Shown piece after piece: positions 31,642 through 41,030 of a DNA stretch of 64,000 nucleotides. The stretch is taken from the NCBI GenBank assembly GCA_963771535.1, contig CAVYTK010000004.1, forward strand, positions 322,950 to 386,949, given 5' to 3'. The notes under the pieces were generated by a model, which searched no databases, was not told the DNA's origin, and was given only the letters and a program-made list of their open reading frames with translations. The DNA comes from an uncultured Acidobacteriaceae bacterium (GTDB lineage Bacteria > Acidobacteriota > Terriglobia > Terriglobales > Acidobacteriaceae). A program made the translations under genes and the position numbers. How positions within the stretch are numbered: the stretch's first letter is position 1; every line of letters begins with the position of its first letter.

Positions 31642-31734
31642 GAACTGCTTCGGAAACTGTGTCCGAGTATCGAAGGGGCGTGGCTTCAGCCATGCTGTTA
31701 TGAGAGAGTGACACGGAGGCCGCGAAGAGAGACT

Positions 31735-31845
31735 CCTCAGCGGCTAAAGCCGGAGTATTATCGCCCGGTTACGGCACGCCTGAAGGCGTGCCCCTTCAAA
31801 ACAGGTTACGACACGCCTGAAGGCGTGCCCCTTCAAAAAAAGCGC
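31735..31845 (+). repeat. Three tandem UGAA/UAAA-tetraloop hairpins
   Basis: The three hairpins are cggc-taaa-gccg (about 31741-31752), ggcacgcc-tgaa-ggcgtgcc (31773-31792) and acacgcc-tgaa-ggcgtg (31811-31829). The last two are each followed by CCCTTCAAAA. Confidence 0.8.
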
Positions 31846-31910
31846 GTTCAGAATTTAGTTAGGTCCGCTCAGAAATGCAACAAGCTCGGCCGCGTTTAGA
31901 ATGACGCTTC

Positions 31911-33201
31911 ATGCAATTTGAGCTCTTCGTAGCCGCGCGATATTTGCGGGCCAAGCGGCGGCAAGCTGTCATCGGAATCATCACCCTCATCTCCATCATC
32001 GGAGTTGCCGCGGGCGTGGCTTCGCTCATCGTGGCGCTGGCCATCAACAACGGATTTCGCCAGGACTTGCAGGACCGCCTGCTGGGTTCGATGTCGCACG
32101 TCAACCTGCTGCGGGTGGAGAGCGACGGCATTCGCAACTGGGAAGAGCTGCTGCAGCGCCTGGCGAAAGAGCCGCACGTAGTGGCAGGTGCTCCGGCGAT
32201 GTACGAGCAGGTGCTGATCTCGCGCGGAGCACATGCGCAAGGCGCGGTGTTGAAGGGCGTCATCCCCAGCTACGAACGCAAGGTCAGCGACATTCTCGAT
32301 TCGGTGAAGTCGGGCTCGGCCGCGCCGCTTGATCCCGGCGAGCGAGAAGGCGAGCGCGCCCCCTGACAGCGATGAGACGAATGGCTTGTCGGCGCGCGTG
32401 ACTGCCGGGCTGCCGCCGATCCTGCTGGGGCAGGACATGGCGAATTCGCTCGGCGCGCAAGTGGGATCGCTGGTGACCGTCACCAGTCCGCAAGGCGAGC
32501 TGACGCCCTTCGGCATCGTGCCCAAGTACGCGCGCTTCAAAGTGGTGGGCATCTTCAGCTCGGGCTTCTACGACTCGGACAATACATGGGGATTCATTCG
32601 CCTGGCCGACGCGCAGAAGCTGTTCGACCTGGGCGATGTGGTTTCGGTACTGGAGTTCAAAGTCGACGACATTTATAAAGCCGACCAGATTGGCCGCGAG
32701 TTGGAGCAGGCGGCGGGCAAGGGCTTCATGGCGACCAACTGGATGGAGCAGAACCGCGCGCTGTTTCGCGCCCTGCGGCTGGAGCGGCTGGTTACGTTCA
32801 TCACCATTGGCCTGATCGTGTTTGTCGCCGCGCTCAATATTCTGATCTCGCTGATCATGATGGTGATGGAGAAGACACGCGACATCGCGGTGCTGGTTTC
32901 GATGGGCGCGCGCAAGCGGCAGGTGCGCCGCATCTTCATGTACCAGGGGCTGCTGATTGGCGTGATTGGTACCGCGATTGGATTGGTGCTGGGCTACGGG
33001 ATCTCTTTTGTTGCCGGACACTATCGGCTGCTGTCGCTCTCGGCCGAGGTGTACTCCATCGACTACGTGCCCTTCGCGCCGCGGGTGCTGGATGGCGTGC
33101 TGGTGGCGTGCATCGCCATCGGGATTTCGTTTATTGCGACGCTGTATCCTTCGTGGTCGGCAGCCAGCGTGCTGCCGGCGGAGGCGTTGCGGTACGAGTA
33201 G
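31911..33201 (+). CDS. LolC/LolE-family lipoprotein-releasing ABC permease (FtsX fold), apparently frameshifted
   Basis: ORF 31911..32366 (MQFELFVAARYLRAKRRQAVIGIITLISIIGVAAGVASLIVALAINNGF...) joins ORF 32329..33201 (...ILLGQDMANSLGAQVGSLVTV..., FtsX module MEKTRDIAVLVSMGARKRQVRRIFMYQG, ending PAEALRYE). The frames join at about 32320-32366. Confidence 0.8.
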
Positions 33202-33361
33202 GGCGTTGTCAGCACGCCGTTGTGGGATCGACGGGTTCTGTCAGGCTTTGAAGGTCGATTTGCAGATCAAGGTAGAGCGGGAACGACAAAAAGCAAACCT
33301 GCGCAACGCCGACACCAAACAATTCGGGAAGAACGCCCGTCACCAGGGTAGCCGACGTTAG

Positions 33362-33520
33362 TCGGAGAGGAACCTGCAGTTGCGTCACGCAAACAAACAG
33401 CAGATCCCTCGCTGCGCTCAGGATGACAACCAGAAGAGGCGGTCTGTGCGGCACGGCTGAGCCGTGCCCTTTCAAGCACTGGTCGCCGTGCGGCACGGCT
33501 GAAGCCGTGCCCTTTCAAAA
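33362..33520. repeat. Core repeat plus two UGA(A)-loop hairpins
   Basis: gaggaacctgcagttgcg is followed by cagcagatccctcgctgcgctcaggatgaca (33399-33428). ggcacggctgagccgtgcc lies at 33450-33468 and ggcacggctgaagccgtgcc at 33492-33511, each followed by CTTTCAA. Confidence 0.8.
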
Positions 33521-33675
33521 CTGGGTGGTGTGACGGGGCGCCCGGCCAAGTGATGGGCGGAGGAGCGTCTCTCGCTTCTCAGATCGGGCCAGCGAAGCCC
33601 TACCTGCACACCGACCGCACAACCGCTCCCTCCTCGCAGTGGCGTCCAGCGACGAAGCTGGACTATCTTGAAGGA

Positions 33676-35121
33676 ATGGAGCGATTTTCTCGCCTGTCGC
33701 TATTGTTGCTTTTGTTTGCGGCCGCGCTGGCATTCGGGCAGCAGAGCGGGCCCTCGACGGAGAAGTCTCCAGCGCGGTCCGGTGTCAGCGGCTTGCCACT
33801 GAACTTCCAGCGCCATACCGGCGACCTGGATGAGATGGTGAAGCGCGGGAGCATTCGAGCGTTGGTCTTGTATAGCCGCTCAGGGTTCTTCTACGTGGAT
33901 GGAAAGCCGGAGGGCATTTATTACGAGGCGCTGCAATACTTCGAGCAGTTTCTCAATCAGAAGCTGCGCACTCGGCAACACATCCAGGTTACGTTTATTC
34001 CGGTGCGACCCGACCAACTTGAATCGTACTTGAACGAAGGCATCGGCGACCTGATCGCGTATCCCGTGGCCACGACTGCGGAACGCGCACAGCAGGTCGC
34101 ATTCTCGGTCCCGCTTGAGACCGGGGTGAAGCAGATTCTTGTGACCGGAAAGAACTTCGGTCCAGTCGCGTCGTTGCAGGACCTGAGCGGGAAGAAAGTC
34201 TTCGTCAATCCCGACACTACGTACTACGGGAACCTGCAGAAAGTAAGCGATTCACTCGTCAAGCAAGGCAAGCCGCCCATCCTGATCGAGAGCGCCGACA
34301 AGAACCTTTTGGACGAAGACCTGATGGAGATGGTGAACGCCGGCATACTTCCGGCAACCGTCACTATCACCCAGCGCGCCAAGCTGTGGGCCAGCGTTTT
34401 TCACAACATCACTCCTCAGCCCAATGTCGTTATTGCGAACCAGGAGGACCTGGCATGGGCGATGCGCAAGAACAATCCGAAGTTTAGAGAGCTGGTGGAT
34501 GAATTCGTCAGGACCCACGCCGCCGGAACGTCGTTCGGCAACACCCTGCTGCGGCGATACATGGAGAGCAATCAGTGGATCACGAATCCGACTAATGACG
34601 AACAGATCAAGAAATTCAACCAGCTGGCGAATTTCTTCAGGACCTATTCCTCGCAATATGGTTTCGACTACCTGATGGTCATCGCCCAGGGCTACCAGGA
34701 GTCGCAGCTCAACCAGGCGGCAAGAAGTCCCGGGGGCGCGATTGGGGTCATGCAGGTCAAACCCTCGACGGCGGCGGCGCCACCCATCAGCATCCCCGAC
34801 ATCGGGACCGCCGAAAACAATATTCACGCCGGAGTGAAGCTGCTGAATTCCATTGCAACTGAGTATTTCAGCGACCCGAAGATCGATCCGATGAACCGGC
34901 TGCTACTTACATTCGCGGCATACAACGCGGGCCCGAATCGGGTCGCAGCGCTTCGTAAGGAGGCACCGGCCCAGGGCCTCGATCCCGACAAGTGGTTCGG
35001 CAACGTTGAGTTACTGGTTTCGCAGAAGGTGGGGCAGACGACGGTCCAGTATGTGAGCAATATTTACAAGTACTACATCGCCTACAAGCTGGTGGTCGAG
35101 CAGGGACAATCGTTGCAGTAG
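33676..35121 (+). CDS. mltF: MltF-like protein: solute-binding (SBP_bac_3-like) domain fused to a lytic transglycosylase (SLT) domain
   Basis: Start moved to ATG 33676 (MERFSRLSLLLLLFAAALAFGQQ). SLT motifs are VIAQGYQESQLNQAARSPGGAIGVMQV and FAAYNAGPNRV. Confidence 0.8.
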   Translation: MERFSRLSLLLLLFAAALAFGQQSGPSTEKSPARSGVSGLPLNFQRHTGDLDEMVKRGSIRALVLYSRSGFFYVDGKPEGIYYEALQYFEQFLNQKLRTRQHIQVTFIPVRPDQLESYLNEGIGDLIAYPVATTAERAQQVAFSVPLETGVKQILVTGKNFGPVASLQDLSGKKVFVNPDTTYYGNLQKVSDSLVKQGKPPILIESADKNLLDEDLMEMVNAGILPATVTITQRAKLWASVFHNITPQPNVVIANQEDLAWAMRKNNPKFRELVDEFVRTHAAGTSFGNTLLRRYMESNQWITNPTNDEQIKKFNQLANFFRTYSSQYGFDYLMVIAQGYQESQLNQAARSPGGAIGVMQVKPSTAAAPPISIPDIGTAENNIHAGVKLLNSIATEYFSDPKIDPMNRLLLTFAAYNAGPNRVAALRKEAPAQGLDPDKWFGNVELLVSQKVGQTTVQYVSNIYKYYIAYKLVVEQGQSLQ

Positions 35122-35208
35122 AACGCAACCGTTACCGCGCTGCGCTCGGGTCGTCGGTCGGGATGACACCCGTAGAGAGTTTCGGGCGCGCCACGCCAAC
35201 AGCAATCG

Positions 35209-35610
35209 CTACGCTGCGCGCTGCTGAGGGTGTGCGGCGTGCGAATCGCTTGCTAACGGCAGTTCGTGGAACTGCAGAGCGATTTGACGCTGCGAATCAG
35301 CCTTGGCTCCGAGGAAGCGTTCAATCAAGCCTTTCGGCTTCGAAGGGGGGAGGTGGGTGAGCATGCCCTCGGTCTCTCGGGTGAAGCTAGCTTTTTTCTC
35401 GTCCGTGAGATCGTGGCCCAGAACTTCGAGTGTGAGGTCGGCGTGGTTCAGATCGCTTGCCGGCAGTTGCGAGACGAACAGGATATTGATGTTGCGGCGC
35501 TCCTCAGCCCGCAAATGAAAGGCGCGCAGGGTAATCTCAATCAACTTCTGCGCCATGATGCGCTTTTGTTCGAGCGCTAGAGCTTCTGAATGAACACGTA
35601 GGAACGGCAT
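35209..35610 (-). CDS. Tautomerase (4-oxalocrotonate tautomerase-like) family protein
   Basis: Begins MPFLRVH (catalytic Pro-1 context), then EQKRIMAQKLIEITLRAF...NILFV. A second beta-alpha-beta-like half follows. Confidence 0.65.
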   Translation of the reverse strand: MPFLRVHSEALALEQKRIMAQKLIEITLRAFHLRAEERRNINILFVSQLPASDLNHADLTLEVLGHDLTDEKKASFTRETEGMLTHLPPSKPKGLIERFLGAKADSQRQIALQFHELPLASDSHAAHPQQRAA

Positions 35611-35859
35611 CGCTCGGCCTCCAGAATTCTTAGAAGCACTTCACGACTATGTAGAAGCATTTCTCGTGCCAAGGGTGGCTTGCGCAGCCGCTATCAAGGC
35701 AAAGGAGATAGCCGCAACAGAAACTGCAAGCCCTGAAAAACCGAGCAGCCAGGCGTGCAATATTTTCCTAGGTTCAGCCGTTGCACGCTTGCTGGACTAG
35801 CGTCGGCGGCCACGGCGAGAGCGTGGCACTCCCAGTCAGGCCGATGCGGGGGCCACCCA

Positions 35860-36056
35860 GCAGACTGCAGGTCCCTCAGCTCCTCCCCTTCGCTGCGCTT
35901 CGGGTCGTCGCTCGGGATGACACCCGGAGGAAAGAGGGAAGGGTTTAGGGGCGCCATCGACGCTGGCCTGAAGGCCAGCTCTACCCGACGCCTACCCAAC
36001 GCAGCTACCCGAACGCAGCTACCCGAACTGCAGCTACCCGAACGCAGCTCTACCGC
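35860..36056. repeat. GGTCCCTC-type core, UGAA hairpin and a 14-15 bp tandem repeat
   Basis: ctgcaggtccctcagctcc...cgctcgggatgacaccc lies at 35866-35927. gctggcc-tgaa-ggccagc + tctacccga lies at about 35957-35983. CGCAGCTACCCGAA x3 lies at 36000-36045, abutting the stop of the 36057 gene. Confidence 0.8.
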
Positions 36057-37460
36057 CTACTCGTACTTCAGCGTCTGCACGGGGTCGAGCTTGGCGGCGC
36101 GGCTGGCGGGGTAGAGGCCGGCCAGCAGGCTCACCACAATCGAGAAGGCGATGGCGGCGCCGATCAACCATGGCGGCAGGATCCAGACCGGCTCGGCGGG
36201 AAGCTGGTGGCGCACCAAATAGAATCCGGTGCCGATGTTGATGGCCTTGCCGATGGCAAAGCCCAGGGCAACACCCAGCAGTCCGCCGAAGAAGCCCATG
36301 GCTCCCGCCTCGGTGAAGAACAGTTTCTTCACGTCGCCATCGCTCGCACCGATGGCTTTCATGACGCCGATCTCGCGACGGCGCTCGAGCACCGCCATCA
36401 CTAGCGTGTTGATGATCGCCAGCGTCGCGACGGCCAAGGCCAGCGAACCGAAGATGCCGAGGAAGACGTCGAGCACGGTGAAGAAGCGGCGCAGGCTTTT
36501 CGTGGCGTCAAGAATGGAGAAGGTGCGGTAGTTCATTTTGGCGATTGCGTCCTGCACCGCCTGCACCTTACCCGGATCTTTCACCCTCACGGTCAGCGTC
36601 ATGTAGTTCTTGCCGGTGCCGCGCAGCGAGCTGCGCATGTCGGTGAACTGCGCCATGTTCAGCCGCTCCATAGTGCCCACGGGCAGGAAGATGCGGCCGC
36701 GCGAAACCGTACGCATGCCGCCATAGGGCTCTTCGTCGATGATGCCGACGACTTTCACCTTCTGAGTTTTGCGGACTACGGAAAATCCGTAACTGTCGCC
36801 GGAAGAATCGGCCGTCCCACTGTCCCGGGCTGCATCTTGCGCTGCGTCTTGTGCACCCATGGCCGGCCGGTTGTCGGAGGCATCGCTGGGCAGCGCCTGG
36901 CGCTCGCCGTAACGCAACGTCACTTCCTGCCCAAGCACGGCGTTGGGATCCTTGTCGTTCAGCTCCTTGGCGAAATCTTTAAGGACGACGACTTCGTCTG
37001 CGTTGTCGCTGCTGAAGAACTTGCCTTTCAAAGTTTCGAAAGCTTCGTTCTCTTTGGCCGACATAGGCAAGCCGGTGACGAAGCCCATGTGGGTCTGGCC
37101 GTCATAGCCAATCTCACCCATCACGCGCATCTCGGGCTCGACCTCGATCACGTTGGGCAGCTTGCTGATGGCCTGGCGCGCAGGCTCGTCGAGCACTGGC
37201 GACTTCTCGGGACTCGGGGCCTTGGCATCGTCTTCTTTGTCGTAGCCGCGAAAGTCCTGGCGCGAGGTGACGAAGACGGTGTCGAACATGCCTGAGCCGG
37301 CCAGTCGCCGGGTGGCCAGCTGCTGAAGTCCCACACCGAGGGACAACATGGCGACGAGCGAAGCCACGCCGACGGAGATGCCGATGGTAGTTAATCCATT
37401 GCGCAACTTTGATTGCCGCAGGTTACGGACTGCCAGGTCGAACAGGTCGTAGCTTTTCAC
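36057..37460 (-). CDS. ABC transporter permease (MacB/FtsX type)
   Basis: N-terminus is [43 protein letters not shown] periplasmic domain is followed by an FtsX module (LERRREIGVMKAIGASDGDVKKLFFTEA), and the protein ends PVQTLKYE. It overlaps the upstream ATPase gene by 4 nt. Confidence 0.9.
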   Translation of the reverse strand: MKSYDLFDLAVRNLRQSKLRNGLTTIGISVGVASLVAMLSLGVGLQQLATRRLAGSGMFDTVFVTSRQDFRGYDKEDDAKAPSPEKSPVLDEPARQAISKLPNVIEVEPEMRVMGEIGYDGQTHMGFVTGLPMSAKENEAFETLKGKFFSSDNADEVVVLKDFAKELNDKDPNAVLGQEVTLRYGERQALPSDASDNRPAMGAQDAAQDAARDSGTADSSGDSYGFSVVRKTQKVKVVGIIDEEPYGGMRTVSRGRIFLPVGTMERLNMAQFTDMRSSLRGTGKNYMTLTVRVKDPGKVQAVQDAIAKMNYRTFSILDATKSLRRFFTVLDVFLGIFGSLALAVATLAIINTLVMAVLERRREIGVMKAIGASDGDVKKLFFTEAGAMGFFGGLLGVALGFAIGKAINIGTGFYLVRHQLPAEPVWILPPWLIGAAIAFSIVVSLLAGLYPASRAAKLDPVQTLKYE

Positions 37461-38173
37461 GCGCGCACCTCCTGGCTTTGCAGCTTGCCGTCGGCAAGAA
37501 AGATGAGGCGCTGGGCAAAGCGTTCGGCCAGCGCGCGCTCGTGGGTGACCATGACGACGGTCATGCCCAGTGAGAGACTTACGTCGCGAATGAGGTTGAG
37601 GATGTCTTCTCCGGTGCGGCTGTCGAGGTTGCCGGTAGGCTCGTCGGCCAAAAGCAGGGAAGGACGGTTGGCCAGGGCGCGGGCGATGGACACGCGCTGC
37701 TGCTCGCCGCCGGAAAGCTCCGACGGGCGATGGTCCATACGTTTGGCGAGTCCTACCCGGTCCAGAGACTCGCGAACGCGCTGGTCGCGCTCGGCGCGGT
37801 CGACTTCGGCGAAGCGCATGGGAAGCTCGACGTTCTCGGTCACCTTCATCGAAGGGATGAGATGGAAGGATTGAAAGACCATGCCGACATCGTTGCGACG
37901 GTAGCGTGCCAGCTCTTCCGACGACATGCGGGCCAGGTCGCGGCCATGCACCAGCACCGAGCCCGAGGTCGGCCGATCGAGGCCAGCCAGCAGATTCAGC
38001 AGAGTTGATTTGCCGGAGCCGGATTGTCCCAGCAGGGCGACAAATTCACCGGGTTCGATGTCGAGGGAGATGCCGTCGACGGCGCGGATGGTGTTGCCGC
38101 CCATCAGGTAGTGGCGGCAGACGTTCTCGGTACGCACGGCGGGGTTGCTGCCTGAACTTACATTTGGGGTCAT
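37457..38173 (-). CDS. ABC transporter ATP-binding protein (LolD/MacB-type)
   Basis: Walker A is [12 protein letters not shown], the signature is [15 protein letters not shown], and Walker B is [12 protein letters not shown]. Confidence 0.95.
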   Translation of the reverse strand: MTPNVSSGSNPAVRTENVCRHYLMGGNTIRAVDGISLDIEPGEFVALLGQSGSGKSTLLNLLAGLDRPTSGSVLVHGRDLARMSSEELARYRRNDVGMVFQSFHLIPSMKVTENVELPMRFAEVDRAERDQRVRESLDRVGLAKRMDHRPSELSGGEQQRVSIARALANRPSLLLADEPTGNLDSRTGEDILNLIRDVSLSLGMTVVMVTHERALAERFAQRLIFLADGKLQSQEVRA

Positions 38174-38406
38174 GGGTCAATCATTCGATGAGGTTCAGAG
38201 TGACTCGGGCGCAATCTTGATATTCAGCCCGAGCGACGCCGCCGAGCGCCAGCTTTCGCTTTCCGAACCTTAATAAGTACCGATCGAAGGTGAGTTGCTG
38301 TTTGAACACTACTACCGGTTTTCTCCTCTTTCGGATATTCCAAGGACAACCGCCTCTCGCTCTCAAGCAACACCTGATTGTGTTCTCCCCTCTGAGTACC
38401 TGAAGG

Positions 38407-40791
38407 TTGCTAACCATGATCAGAGTTGCCAAGCCGACGGCCGTCCTTTTTACCAGCGTGGTAGTTGTTTGTCTCGTTGTTCTTTCAGCCTGCGGTGGCA
38501 GCGGCGGGGGTGGCAAGACGGCTCCCACGGCGACCCTCACGGCGTTGCCGACCAGCATCATGCCAGGGCAAAGCGCGACGCTGACCTGGATCACGACCAA
38601 CGCGACGTCGGCCAGCATTGATAACGGGGTTGGCGCAGTGACGCCGGTTCTTGCAGGCACGGTGACGGTGCAGCCGGCGACTACGACGACCTACACCATC
38701 ACGGCCAGCGGGCCGGGCGGCACGGCGACGGCGCAAGCCACGGTGACGGTGCAGGCGGCGGCTCCGCCGACGGTGACGCTGGTTGCGGCGCCGACGGCTA
38801 TCACTGTGGGGCAAACAGCTACTCTGACGTGGACGACTACGAATGCGACGTCGGCCATGATCGACAACAACGTGGGCGCGGTGACGCCGGTGGCAGGTGG
38901 CAGCGTCACGGTGCAGCCCACGACCACGACTACCTACACCATCACGGCGACCGGGCCGGACGGCACAGCAACGGCGCAGGCAACGATCACCGTGGCCACG
39001 GGGCCGCCGACAGCGACGCTCACGGCGTCACCGACCAGCATCACGTCGGGACAGACGGCTACGCTCACCTGGGCGACTACGAATGCGACCTCGGCCAGCA
39101 TCGATAACGGCATTGGCGCAGTGACGCCGGTCGGGGGCGGCAGCGTGACGGTGCAGCCTTCGAAGACGACTACCTACACCCTTACCGCGACCGGTCCGGA
39201 CGGCAGCGTGACCGCGCAAGCCACCATCACGGTGCAGCCGGCGTCGCTGCAAAGCATCCAGCACGTGCTGTTCATGCTGCAGGAGAACCGCAGCTTCGAC
39301 AGTTATTTCGGCATGTTGAATCCTTATCGCGTAGCCCAGGGCTGGACCACAAGCGAGGACAACCAGACGTATACCGTGGATGGCATCGACGACAAGCTCA
39401 GCAAATTCGTCAACTACGACGACGAGAATGAGCCGTTCATGCTGTTCAAGACCAAGAGCACGTGCCTGGACGACATGACGTCAGCCTGGCTGGAAAGCTA
39501 CGGCGACGTGAACCGCTACGACTTCCGCTTTGATCGTCCGATGCTGATGGATGGCTTTGTGCACACGGCGGAGGCCTTCGCCAAGGACGCCGGGGGCGAC
39601 GGTGAGTTCACCGACCTGCAAGGCAAGCGAGCGATGGCCTATTACGACCAGGACATCCTGAATTACTACTACTACATGGCGGGGCAATTCGCGGTCTCCG
39701 ATCGCTGGTTCGCGCCGGTTTCAAGCAAGAGCACGCCTAACCGGATTGCGACGTACACGGGAGGAACCACGCAGGGACTGGTGCGCGATCCTTACGCGGA
39801 TGACATGCAGACGCAGCAGATGACGACTACGACCATCTTCGAGGAGCTGGATCAGAACAAAGTGTCCTGGAAGATCTATTATTCGCTGACCGCCGGCGGC
39901 TGTACCGACAAGAGTGGAGACTGCGGGCCGGGCGGGCACTCGAGCGACTATCCGGTGACCACGTTCTCCGACTTCTCGTATTCCACCAAGTACCTGTATG
40001 AGAACCCGCAGCACCTCCCTTGTATCGCGCCGACTATCGGCTCGCAGCAGGCAGTGGGCGATATGAGCGATGCTTTCTGTATCGACATCAATCACATTGC
40101 GCCCCTGGAGTACTACATGAGCGACGTGGCAAACAACACGCTGCCCAGCTTCGCCTACATCGAGGCGGCGTATGGCAAGGGCGATGAGCACCCCGGCTCC
40201 GGCCAGCCCATTTCGCTGGGACAGCAGAAGGTCGCTACCCTGGTGAACGCCTTGATGAGTAGCCCGTCGTGGTCGAGCTCGGTATTTTTCGTGAGCTACG
40301 ATGAGCCGGGTGGACCGTTCGATCACGTACCGCCGGTATCGGGGCACTCCAACGACTTTTCGGATGCGGGCATCAATGCGCCTGACATTTCCACCATCGC
40401 GGTGAACCCGGATACTTACAATCCGTGTCTGCCGCCGGGTGGAATTCCGACCTGGAATTGCGATCTGAAGCCGACGGATCCGGGAGCCAATCCGGATGAT
40501 GCTCCGTCACACTTCGGGTTTGCGGCACAGCTTGGCGCACGCGTACCGAACATGGTGATCTCGCCGTTCACCCGGCAGCACTATGTCTCCCATATTCCGA
40601 TGGACCACACGGCGATCATCAAGTTCGTGGAAAATCGCTTCATCGGGCCCAATGCGCACCTGACCAATCGCGATGCAGCTCAGCCCGGACTGGTGAACTT
40701 CTTCGACTTCGTCAACGTGCCTTGGGCAACGCCACCGACACCGCCGACCCCGAATCCGGGGACCGGCCTGTGTACGCCGCGAGACATGTAA
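38407..40791 (+). CDS. Lipoprotein with three Ig-like repeats and a phosphoesterase-family domain (phospholipase C / AcpA acid-phosphatase type)
   Basis: Lipobox is VVLSACGG. Three roughly 80-aa repeats (PTSIxxGQxATLTWxTTNATSAxIDNxxGAVTPV...TTTYTxTATGPDG) are followed by LFMLQENRSFDSYFG and YDEPGGPFDHVPP, which are phosphoesterase hallmarks. Confidence 0.85.
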   Translation: MLTMIRVAKPTAVLFTSVVVVCLVVLSACGGSGGGGKTAPTATLTALPTSIMPGQSATLTWITTNATSASIDNGVGAVTPVLAGTVTVQPATTTTYTITASGPGGTATAQATVTVQAAAPPTVTLVAAPTAITVGQTATLTWTTTNATSAMIDNNVGAVTPVAGGSVTVQPTTTTTYTITATGPDGTATAQATITVATGPPTATLTASPTSITSGQTATLTWATTNATSASIDNGIGAVTPVGGGSVTVQPSKTTTYTLTATGPDGSVTAQATITVQPASLQSIQHVLFMLQENRSFDSYFGMLNPYRVAQGWTTSEDNQTYTVDGIDDKLSKFVNYDDENEPFMLFKTKSTCLDDMTSAWLESYGDVNRYDFRFDRPMLMDGFVHTAEAFAKDAGGDGEFTDLQGKRAMAYYDQDILNYYYYMAGQFAVSDRWFAPVSSKSTPNRIATYTGGTTQGLVRDPYADDMQTQQMTTTTIFEELDQNKVSWKIYYSLTAGGCTDKSGDCGPGGHSSDYPVTTFSDFSYSTKYLYENPQHLPCIAPTIGSQQAVGDMSDAFCIDINHIAPLEYYMSDVANNTLPSFAYIEAAYGKGDEHPGSGQPISLGQQKVATLVNALMSSPSWSSSVFFVSYDEPGGPFDHVPPVSGHSNDFSDAGINAPDISTIAVNPDTYNPCLPPGGIPTWNCDLKPTDPGANPDDAPSHFGFAAQLGARVPNMVISPFTRQHYVSHIPMDHTAIIKFVENRFIGPNAHLTNRDAAQPGLVNFFDFVNVPWATPPTPPTPNPGTGLCTPRDM
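38521..39240 (+). repeat. Intragenic triple tandem repeat (about 240 bp units) encoding the Ig-like domains
   Basis: The units begin at about 38521, 38761 and 39001. DNA identity by eye is roughly three quarters. Confidence 0.8.
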
Positions 40792-40812
40792 GCGAAAGTC
40801 CAGTCAACCATT

Positions 40813-40850
40813 CTGGGGAAGGGTGCAGTCAGAAGCAGCCCTTCCCCAGG
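40813..40850 (+). terminator. Stem-loop downstream of the phosphoesterase gene (no U-tract)
   Basis: ctggggaagggtgc-agtcagaa-gcagcccttccccag lies about 20 nt after the stop. The stem is 14 bp with one bulge. It is followed by GAGTGCC, so it is not a canonical intrinsic terminator. Confidence 0.3.
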
Positions 40851-41030
40851 AGTGCCACCAGCGCAACGTTGGCGGCGCGATTTTCACCTCACACCCGCCT
40901 GTGACCACGGTCACCGACAGCCCGGGCTGTCGCAAACCATACTTGCTCCCCAAGACGCGCCCAAGCCACCTCGGTCCCCCTGTTTTACGTTGGCGCCTCC
41001 TCGTCTGAAAGCCAGGTATGGAGAACGTTC

